Positions 53,378-63,186 of a stretch of DNA of 64,000 nt are shown here, one piece after another. Below the pieces are notes generated by a model, which worked only from the letters and a program-made list of their open reading frames with translations, was not told where the DNA came from and searched no databases. The stretch is from contig JBLDXI010000033.1 in the NCBI GenBank assembly GCA_047495785.1, forward strand, positions 2,108,001 to 2,172,000, given 5' to 3'. A program made the translations under genes and the position numbers. Positions within the stretch are counted from its first letter, which is position 1. Each line of letters opens with the position of its first letter. Source of the DNA: Lepidodermella squamata (taxonomy: Eukaryota > Animalia > Gastrotricha).

Positions 53378-55018
53378 ATGGTTTGGAAAGTTGTTTGTGC
53401 TGGCGGTGCTGCGGTCGTGGGCGCTGGTTTTATAGCGTGGAGCCTACATTCGTATTTGAAGAAAGGTTCGTGATTTCTTGTCATAATATCTCCTCCTAAA
53501 CATTCTGTTGCATTTATCAGAAATATTTCGAAGCATGGGAATACCAATAGTTTGCGCTCCAACCAATGACTCGACTTTGACCTCGGTAAGTAATGTGTCT
53601 AATTTGCACTCGTTTAAGCTCAATTTGATTTTCAATTTGAAGATATTAACCGCTCACGGCAGCCTATTCGGAACATTTCAATATGGCAGACCTGTCTTAA
53701 TAGTAGCCGATTCAGAGATAATTCGACTGGTTTTAGATTCGGATCAGTTTGAGCTGGCCGATTCGCCTTCAACTCTTGAATCGAGGCTATCGAATCTTTT
53801 GACAAGTCATAAGTCGAAATTGGAAGATGCAGCTAGGACTTTGCTAGCATCGAGACGTCTCAGCAATGCTCTTTTGTCAATTATCGATAATTCTGACGGG
53901 AGGATGAAGTTCTCGAATGTTGACATCGTCCAATTTTCTTATGAATTAGCCTTGAAATCTGCCGTCGCGACTGTTTTCGGTATCGACTCCTCAACAGAAG
54001 CAGATTTGTATCCTTTTGAGGCGTTTCTCCGCAAAATCGAGGTCGAATCAACTCAAAATGAATCCATATTAAATGGTAAATTGAAAACGAGTTTATGAAA
54101 ATTTCGAAATCTTGAACTTTTCAGATCTGCCGAGTAAAATTTATGGATGCATTTCAAACGTGCTGGATTGGTCTCATCTACAGTCCTCATCTTCTTCGAA
54201 AAATCTTCGCGACTTTATGGATAGCAGAGTGAAAAGCTGTTCGAGTGGTTTATTGAATTATCTGATTAGCACTGATGGTAATTTGTCATCCGTCTTATTT
54301 TTGAAATTTTAAAATGTTAATTACAGGATGCTCTCGCGATGAGTTGTTGGCACTTGCCAGGGAAATTCTTAACGTCATCTTCAATATGGTTTTTTCAACC
54401 CTAGCTTCGTTCCTTATAACCATGGCACTGAATCCAGATTGCCAGCGACAACTCCGCGAGGAATTTGCGGATGACGCCAGAATTTCTAACCCGTATCATA
54501 GTTATTTCGAAATGTGCTTGAAAGAAGTACTTCGCCTTCATCCCTGCCAATTTCAAACTTTTCGAGTTTGCTCAGATCCGAAGGGTGCAAACATTGGACG
54601 CGTACATATTCCACGTGGATTGCACGTTAGTATTCCGATATCTGTACTGCATAAAATTCCAGAATACTGGCCTGAACCTTGTCGCTTTGACCCGCTTCGA
54701 TTTCGAGACGCTGGAAGGTCATTTATTGCATACCAGCCGTTTGGTAGTTCAAACGGTCTATTTTTCGGCGAATTATTGGTTAAACCCCTGCTACGAATTG
54801 CGATTCCAGCTATTTTCAAGAAATATCGAGTTGAGCCTATCTCTCAAAGTCAGGTAAAATTGTTAATGATTTGAAGTTATCGATCTCTATCTGCCTATTT
54901 TTCTTAGATATTTTGTGCTGATGGAATTCAAAATCTTGCCGCTCCTGTCTATTTAAATTTTGTTGAATCTCCTGCGTTCGAGGAGGCAGGCTGGGAACCC
55001 AGTGATATGAACTGCTAG
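53378..55018 (+). CDS. Divergent P450-fold protein lacking the heme-ligating Cys (copy E, 458 aa, intact frame)
   Basis: Exons 53378-53465, 53521-53585, 53643-54075, 54125-54277, 54327-54853 and 54908-55018 total 1377 nt with no internal stop. EVLR and WPEP.RFDP.RF are kept, but the heme motif reads PFGSSNGLFFG. Confidence 0.85.
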
Positions 55019-55192
55019 AGACCTGCTGCTTGGTGCTTCTTTTCCATCGTATTATTATTATTGCCCTCTTCTCATCTTTCATTTTTTTGTTTTGCTAAAA
55101 CCTTATTTGCAAACGCAATACTCAAAATGGCTATTTTACATGATAAAAAATGTTATACTATAATTTTGTGTTGTGTTTTAGGATTTTATGTA

Positions 55193-56965
55193 ATGGCATG
55201 GTTAGTGATTTTTGCTGGTGGCATTGCCGCTATTGGAAGCGGCGTTGCCCTCCTCACGATTTATGCCCACTGGAAGAGAGGTGAAATTCATTATTCTGTG
55301 ATAAAATTGTATTGATGAATTCCTATAGGTATATTTCGAAAAATGGGCGTCCCTTGCGCACCGACAATTCCACTCTTAGGCAATCTTCACACTTACGGTG
55401 AAATGGTAAGGGGGAAAATTCTGAAAGTTTTTCTGACATAAATTTGTTTTTAAAGTCTATATTCGATGTTGACACGTATCATCTGAAAAACTTTGGCGCG
55501 AACGATGGGAAAATTGTGGGTGTTTTTGAAGGTCGTGAGCCTACTCTCTTGATAGCCGATGCCGATATGATTCGATCTGTCATGCAAATTCAGTCGTCCC
55601 AGTTTTATGAAATTGCCGGTAACGATCCAGAAAATACCATTTTAAAAGAAGCCGCCTTGACGAGTCTTCACGGCATTAACTGGAAACGGGTCCGTCAAGC
55701 TTTGACGCCAACTTTTACCCCGGCTAATTTACGAAAAATGGCGGTATTAGTTAAAGAATCTAGCGACCAAATGTTAGACGAGATGAAGGGCGGAGTTATC
55801 GATGTTGTCAATTTATCTCGCCGTTTCACGATTCGAGCCATCGCATCGATTGCATTTGGAATTGATCTTCGCCGATGCGGGCGCGAGTTGGAAGAACTGT
55901 TCCTGAAATCTGCCTATGACATTTTCTATGAGCCGAGTCCATATCTCGCGGTGTTGATGGGTATAGAGACTTTATTTATTATTGTTCCCAAGTGATACTA
56001 TTACATTTTCAGCGACTTTGCCGAAGCCAACGCGGTTTTTCATGTATATTTTGAATTTCGTTGGGATACGGCCATTGGCGAACCGCGCTACGGAAAGGTT
56101 CGAAATGATTGTTCGATCGGAAATAGAGCGCCGTAAGAGAGAAAACGTTCGGCGAGAAGATTTTTTGCAAGCGATGTTGGCCATGGAAGTTCCGAAAATC
56201 GACGATAATAGTAATTTCTCATTCAAATACCTAATTATTAGAGCTTAATGGTATTTTCAAAAGATTCGGGCCTCACTCTAAACGAAATCGTAGCCCAGTC
56301 TGTTTTGTTTGTTTTGGCCGGCTACGAAACTGTCGCGTCAACTCTTACATTTTTCTGCATCGCTATGGCCGAGAATCCTGAATGCCAGGAGAAGTTGCGT
56401 GAAGAGCTGGCCGAAGCGAACATCGAAAAAGAAAAGGCTGACAGCTTGTCGGACAAATTGGCTGCCCTGCCGTATTTGGAAATGTGCATGAAGGAAGTTT
56501 TACGTGTTTACCCGGCAGCTTCTCGCACAAATCGCGTGTGCACAGCTGAGGGCGGCACGACAATCGGTGGGATTGATATCCCGAATGGTCTTGTTGTTAG
56601 TATTCCCATCGCGACTATGCACCAGTTGCCGGAATTTTGGCCTGAGCCTGAAAAATTTGACCCGTTGCGATTTTCCGAGGGCGTGCCGCGCGAATCGGCT
56701 TTCGCTTATTTGCCGTTCGGAGCGGGTCCGCGAAACTGCATCGGAGAGCGAATGGCTAAAATGGAGCTCCGAATCGCGATAGCAGCGATCTTTACGAAAT
56801 ACCGGGTTCAGCTAACTGAAAGAACAGAGGTGAGAAAATACATGAGCTTCGATTTGAATTCATTGTTATTTCGATGATATTTAGATTCCGGTCAAATTGG
56901 AGCAGACTGGCCTGCGCACCCCAAGCCACCCGGTTCATCTCGCTTTCGCTGAGCTGGCCGAGTGA
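55193..56965 (+). CDS. Cytochrome P450, clan-3-like (copy F)
   Basis: AGYETV, EVLR, PEKFDP, PFGAGPRNCIG. Confidence 0.93.
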
Positions 56966-57077
56966 TTTACGATGTCAAATTAACTGCGGACACCGTTTTC
57001 ATTGTATTTGATGAATTACATTTTCAGTCTTCAAGGTAAATTTCCCGTTTTAATCGAATGACAATCATGTTATTGTG

Positions 57078-57274
57078 ACATGTCGTTAGCGTCGTTGAAT
57101 AACTCGGATTTAGGCTTGTTTACGTCAGTTTCAGGGTGACTTGTGACAACTAAAAAGTCATTCGCTTTTGCGCTTTGTTCTCGTCAAAAAAGCCGCTTTT
57201 AACTTGTCACCCGTCGCCATGAAAGGATGTAAATAAGCCTAAATCCGAGTTATTCAACGATGCTAACGATGTGT
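57078..57274. repeat. Foldback inverted repeat (~80-bp arms), probable MITE
   Basis: TCGTTGAATAACTCGGATTTAGGCTT is the exact reverse complement of AAGCCTAAATCCGAGTTATTCAACGA, and pairing extends with mismatches on both sides. Confidence 0.85.
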
Positions 57275-57883
57275 ATATGCTCTGTGAATACTTCCAATCC
57301 TGCAGGTACTCGCTTCTGTAAATAGCATTCGATCTCAGTTTTTTGTATACAACTATTTATTATACGAAATACGAACGTGCAAAAATGTATTTTTCCTTTT
57401 CATCTACTTCTTCTTTGAGTTGTGACTTCTTTTTTACGGTAGCACCGAGCTGTTGAATGCAACTACGGATAAATATTCTTTTTCTTTGAAAACCTAATTA
57501 GTTCAGCCGAAGTGAACTGTTGAGAATGTTGTCTCTATTCACGAAAACCTGGAAAGAATGAGTTCTCGTTTTCAATAAAAAAATTCTTACGAGTTGAGTT
57601 TTTGACAAGTCCATTGACTGCAGCTGTTAATTATTTTTCGTCCACGAGATTCGTGTTATTCACAAGATTATGGTTGTTGACGCGTTCACTTCTCAGACCA
57701 AATTTGAAAGGTAGCCCGGATTCTTTTAAATGAAGGTCAGTGATGCGTTAAACTGCGCTATTAACACCGAAAAAAGACGGCGAATTCTTGAAAATGAACG
57801 CGATTTTATTGCGACACGGTAAGAAACAGAGCAAACGAGCTAACAAACGACGCAGAAAATGATGAGAAGATGGAGCACGTAAT

Positions 57884-58634
57884 TCATTTGATGTACTTAT
57901 CCATAAACCGCTTGTGGAATTCGGTGCGAAGCATGTCGTTCACAAATCCGCGATTCGAGTCCTTGTCGCGGGCGCAGTTCTTGAAAACCGAGTCGTCATC
58001 CCAGCGGCGACGTACCTTGAATTCGGCAACTTGTTTATCTTGTTGATTAAGCAGAGGGTTGCCACGAATTATATTTTCAGTTCGAATTCGCTCTTCTTCA
58101 GCCCGCCGCTCTGCCTCCTGGCGGGCGGATTCTAATGCGCGTTCCTTGCGGATTTTTTCCAACTCACGCATCAATTCCTCAGTATCGTCGTCATCCTCGC
58201 CGGAGCTGGAACTTGAGCTGTCATCCTTGAAAAAAATTGGGCATTTAATCATTTTTTGAACTGATTGAAAGAAAGAAATTACTAACATCATCAACAGGAT
58301 CGTCGGCATCTAGATTTACTGCACTGACTTCCGGTCGTGATTTCTTCGACGGGCCAGCCGCTGATTGCAAAGACGGAGCAGCCGACCGTTTCGTGCCGTC
58401 GTGGCTCGACGCTTTCGATGAGGCAGCGGCGAACTCGCGTTCCTCCAATTCACGCTTGGCATCACGCGCACGCACTTCCTCCTGGCTGGTCTGGCCTTCC
58501 TGGCGGTACTTCAGCGTCTTGTGGCCTGGCAAGTCACGAGCTGAGTACTGCTTAGACATGGAGCTAAGCGCGGCCTCTTGCTTGCCAGAACCTCCCCTAG
58601 CCGGGTCGAATGTAGGCCGATGGGCTGTAGTCAT
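57884..58634 (-). CDS. CWC15: Spliceosome-associated protein CWC15
   Basis: [47 protein letters not shown]. One intron. Confidence 0.96.
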
Positions 58635-58783
58635 CTTTCTTTAGTTAAAATATCCTAAAAATAAATATTCCAAAATTATCACAAAAAAATATTTTATCCG
58701 TCAAAACTGGAAGCTAAAAAAATCGTGGAATTATTACTAGGAGAAGATCTGAGATCACTGGAATCACGAGATGATTATCACAT

Positions 58784-59614
58784 TCAACGGGTAAAAGATG
58801 ATCGCGACAACAGGTGATTGCGATTTTTCAAAGTTTCCGAGTAGTTATCAACAACGTCCTTCGTCGTAACGTGGGTCACTTTGTTGAATACCATTTGCCC
58901 GCCCACGCGCAAAAATTCGAGTCGAGGGCCACTCGCGAGACCGGCTAGTGGCGGTGGTTTTGTTATATTTGAGTTACCGCGCATCAATCGGTAGTAAGTA
59001 CGATCTCCAAAACTCGAGTAGTCGGCGCTTTTATAGAGTATACCGGCAGAATCGCGGCGCTTTCTTCTTTCCCTCTCTTTCTCCAAGTCAAGGTCTTGCT
59101 CTAAAAATAGCGATTGTTCAATCAACTTGTCAAATCGCGGGTGTGGCTAAAACAAACCACTGCGTGTTCTGACGAATGAGTTATTACGGAAGCAAGGCAT
59201 TTTGGTTGCCGTAGACGAAGCCCAGTGTATATCTGCATGCTGCCACTGGACAGCTTTAGTGGTTTGGCTGCACAGGAAAGAATTTGCGACCTTCATTAAA
59301 AAGCTCATTCGATTTCCGCAATGAAAAAAAGCGAATTTAATACCTTTTTCATGCGATTTTCATATCTTAGTTTCATTCGATCTATTTTATCGATTTCGCG
59401 AGTGAGAACAGATCGCTCAAGCATCGGTAAACGCAATATGCTTTTCGCCAACTGCGATCGCTCCCCTGTAATGGCATAAACATCGGACATGGTAGCTTTG
59501 TCAACCATAGTATTCGTGAGGCCAGCTGAAAAGCGAATCATCAGTGGTATATGATTAGGAATTGTAATATTTACCTCTGAGGTCCTCCGAAGAACTATGC
59601 CGGTATTCCAACAT
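58784..59614 (-). CDS. Uncharacterized multi-exon protein
   Basis: Acceptor 17 nt before the ATG at 59614. Spliceable pieces MLEYRHSSSEDLR, AGLTNT..RMKK, VANSFL.. and EQDLDLEK..SFTR*. No recognisable domain, and the internal exon limits are uncertain. Confidence 0.55.
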
Positions 59615-59690
59615 TTTTATATATTTAGCGCCTAGAAAATGAACAACAATTTTCATAAATTCATTCGAACTTGTTGAAGACAAATAATTG

Positions 59691-60719
59691 TTAAGATTTG
59701 TTTTGACTAGCGAAACTATCTGCAGCCTCGACGCAAATATCACGCCGGACCGACAACGGCAAAGATTTTTGACGGATGAAAGTAATTGGGTCTCCGATAG
59801 CAGAGACAGTTTGAGCAGCCTTCCAGTCGTTAGCGTCAGCTTGCAGCTGTCGCAAAGCTCTATTTTGGGCAAGCAATTGATTGTAGTATCTGACACCACC
59901 TTCGGCGTGATCCCGTGACAAGCTCGCCGCTAACTTGTCGACTTTCTTTTCCACATGACACCGGTAAAAGTCTGTGGCCGTTATCACACCTGCTGAAACT
60001 ATGGCAGTTGATAAAGTGTAAAGCACAATAGATATTCCGCGAGTAATTGGCATCTTCAAGGACGATTTCAGAAACCGGCCTAGACCATAAATAGCTACTG
60101 GAGCAGACCCGTATACACCAGCAGAAACATGAACGTCTTTCTCGTAGCGAGATGAATGTAACAATTGACGCGCAGCGACGAACTTGAGCGAAGCTGGAGA
60201 TGGCGTCACTAAAGATTGCAGCAGCTCCTGGCCAGCTTCAGAGGACCACTGTTCCGCGTTGAGAGGACGTCTTTCAAACGTGTGCGCAGTGTCATCGCGC
60301 TTGTTACGTCGAGCCCAGAGATAAGTCAGCGAGTGGCGTAATTTAACTGCTGATCGATTTATTTTGCTGATGTCATCGTTGAGGAAGAAAAGCGGGAAAC
60401 CCAGGCCAACCATGGAACGGCCAAAGTTGGTGACACAAACGGCATCTCTGGTACAACTGACAAATATTTTGTTCAGCAAGTCACTCTTAGAGATAAAATT
60501 CGATGGTAATTTCCCTGAATTCTGTAGGTCATCATAGGCCGCGTCTGCAGCGGCTACTAGTTTAGAACTTTTCGGAACAAGTATCGGAAAGCCCCGTGCA
60601 TCAAAAGCTTCGTAAAGGGCCAACTTCTGTTTAAATCCCCAGTCAGAGAGTGAAAACCATTCGAAAGCAGAAACAACGCTGCCAGATGCAACAAGGGAAC
60701 CAATTAAGCCAATAACCAT
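59691..60719 (-). CDS. TMEM177: TMEM177-like protein (intronless)
   Basis: VGLGFP.FF, W.SEAG..L..SL, KFV.AR and EGGV.YY...L.QN.ALR..GD....R...L..R. Confidence 0.8.
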   Translation of the reverse strand: MVIGLIGSLVASGSVVSAFEWFSLSDWGFKQKLALYEAFDARGFPILVPKSSKLVAAADAAYDDLQNSGKLPSNFISKSDLLNKIFVSCTRDAVCVTNFGRSMVGLGFPLFFLNDDISKINRSAVKLRHSLTYLWARRNKRDDTAHTFERRPLNAEQWSSEAGQELLQSLVTPSPASLKFVAARQLLHSSRYEKDVHVSAGVYGSAPVAIYGLGRFLKSSLKMPITRGISIVLYTLSTAIVSAGVITATDFYRCHVEKKVDKLAASLSRDHAEGGVRYYNQLLAQNRALRQLQADANDWKAAQTVSAIGDPITFIRQKSLPLSVRRDICVEAADSFASQNKS

Positions 60720-61119
60720 ATCAGCGTCAAATAAAAAATGGCGGGCTACAAGCTAAAAAGTACCAAGAACCAAGAATTATATTTTCATATTGTCCACAAT
60801 AAAAACAAGCGATCGACGATCGATCAAGTCCAGAATCTATTTTCTAATGAAATGTATACAGAACACATCAGCAACCTGCCTAATATCAGCCTACAGCCTA
60901 CCTGCACCTCAACACTCGAAAGAATCTCAGCACAACATCGAGATCCGCTTTGCTTCTGCCTCACCTGGGTTTTTTTGTTCATTTTGGTTGATTTATAGTT
61001 CAAGGTCATCATATGTTTCACCTGCGGCAATCAAACATCATATTCATAGTAAATTATATTTTATATTGGCTATATATGGGATTGCTACCAAAAATTATAT
61101 TTTTATCTTAAAAATAAAA

Positions 61120-61236
61120 GTTAGCTTCTTTGACCAACATTTTGCCAACAAAATGCGGGTTTTGCGCGCTGCGTTTCGCCACCAGCCGACCACCGCAACC
61201 CCCTCTTACCTGTTAGAGGCATAGCTTATCGGACAT
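61120..61236 (-). ncRNA. Candidate spliced-leader (SL) RNA-like element; alternatively a 5' non-coding exon plus a structured intron
   Basis: Short leader ending TCTAACAG|GTAAG (donor at 61209) inside a CCTCT/AGAGG hairpin, followed by a GC-rich stem, an AUUUUG Sm-like site, a GTTGGC/GCTAAC stem and a U-tract. Confidence 0.3.
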
Positions 61237-61616
61237 CCGAAATCTCCATCCGAAATCTTCAAGTTTAAGCCCGAATGATGTGTATGTAGCTAGAGTTTAG
61301 AGTTAGAACCAAGCCCTGACCTTGAATTAGGAATTAGGAGAACGGTGCCAACTCTCCTAAATATGACCAAATCAGTCTGTAATAAACATTGTACGACGCG
61401 CTGCCCGCTGTACACTGACCCCCTCGTTTTAAATTTGTGTTATAAGTTTGGTCCTACGAGCTTGAGCTTATCTGACTTATGACTTATGCCATTCCGTTTA
61501 CGAGGTCCGCTGTCCGAAACTCCAATCTTTGTAGCCACCCTGTCCTGTGTGAATTTTGATCAAAGAAATTGTCTGTCTATTTAGGCTGTATGTAATATAT
61601 CTGGTTAACATTCGAA

Positions 61617-62303
61617 ATGTCATCTACCATGGAGGTATCATATCAATAGCGCTATGATTATATCATGCTTTAAATTTCTTTTCTCCCAATAGAAACGTCT
61701 TCGGAAGGAACTAGCTAATCTAGTGCGTGACCCTCCTGTTGGCATCGTCGTTGATCCTGATCGCACAGCTCAAAATATTACTGAATGGCTTGTTACATTG
61801 GAGGGTGCCCCCGGGACGCTCTACACCGGCGAGAAGTTTCAGCTATACTTCAAATTCACCTCTAAATATCCATTTGATTCACCCCAAGTACTAACTTGAT
61901 GCCTTTTCTGGCTCAGTAGTTTCATCAAACTATTCCATTCCACATTTAACAGGTCATGTTCGTCGGTTCAAACATTCCTGTCCATCCTCATATCTACAGC
62001 AATGGTCACATCTGCCTATCGATTCTCACTGAAGACTGGTCTCCAGCGCTCTCCGTCCAATCCATCTGCCTTTCAGTTATATCGATGCTCTCTTCTTGCA
62101 AAGACAAGGTAACATTTCTGCTTACCAATATCTTGGAGTAAATTTGCGTTGGCATGAGCAGAAACGGCCTGTTGACGACGCATGGTATATTGCTGGCTGC
62201 TCGAAAAATCCCAAGAACACTCGTTGGTGGTATCACGGTAAGCAGTCATTCATACAAGATCCATGATATTCATTTATTCTCTAATTTAGATGATACGGTC
62301 TAA
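61617..62303 (+). CDS. UBE2W: Ubiquitin-conjugating enzyme E2 W
   Basis: KRLRKEL, YPFDSPQV, HPHIYSNGHICLSILTEDWSPALSVQS and terminal WWYHDDTV. Confidence 0.95.
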
Positions 62304-63186
62304 AGCTCTGCGGTCGGTGTCAATTATATCACTTTTATTATGCACTCTAGCGCTTTTCCGACGCGACATCCTAGCATGTGTCGGCATTTCTATTTTTGTT
62401 TGCCATTTCAAAGTTTGCCCATGTGGTTTGGAATGTCGTGTTTTAATGAAATTTAAAGCCAGATAGTATCTCGAGTTGAAAACGAAGCTTCTTGGCTTCA
62501 GTTTGTCAGAATTTGGCTCCCTCGAGATCAAATTTATTATCACCGTGAGCCACCAGCAATGTCTTTCTTTTAAACTCGTTTTATAATGAGTTGTATAACC
62601 GCGATTTCGTGTGAAAATCTTTATTAGTCCGAGTATTTAGTACTGCTTGTAGGTTCAAAAAAGCCAAATGTTCTAATTCGTCGTGTGCAATCATTCCTGT
62701 AAGTTCCTTATTCAGTTAAAATATGTAGCAGATTGTTGTTTCAAGCATATTACCTGACGCAATCGAAAGTTTTGGATGTTTCATCGCCGTTGACAGGTAG
62801 AAAAAGATGATATATTATCTTTCTCAAAATGTTTTAACTATCTGGCGTCCTATCTCTTTTACTTTTTCACTTTGGTTCCGAGAAGTAGCGTGTCTGGAAT
62901 CTGAACAAAAAACTAGTGAAACACCGAAAACAAAAATTTGTGAAAACGGTTCGTTGATTATCCTGGTGGTTGCATTTGAGCATATGTCTCTCCTGTTCAT
63001 ATTTCCTACAAGCCCTTTGTGCGTGTTTATTATATTGCAATTCTTACTATAATATTGATAATGAAAACGAAGTGTGGTTAATACAACTGTCGCAAAATTC
63101 TCTTGTCGGTTTTTATGGAATTGCGAATAGAAGAATACTCTTACAACGAATTATTTCTATTCAAATTTTAGATTTATTGTGCAAAA

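Noticed and set aside
60925-61015. Possible C/D snoRNA on the minus strand (ATGATGA ... CTGA)
   Set aside because: No terminal stem and no recognisable rRNA antisense element.
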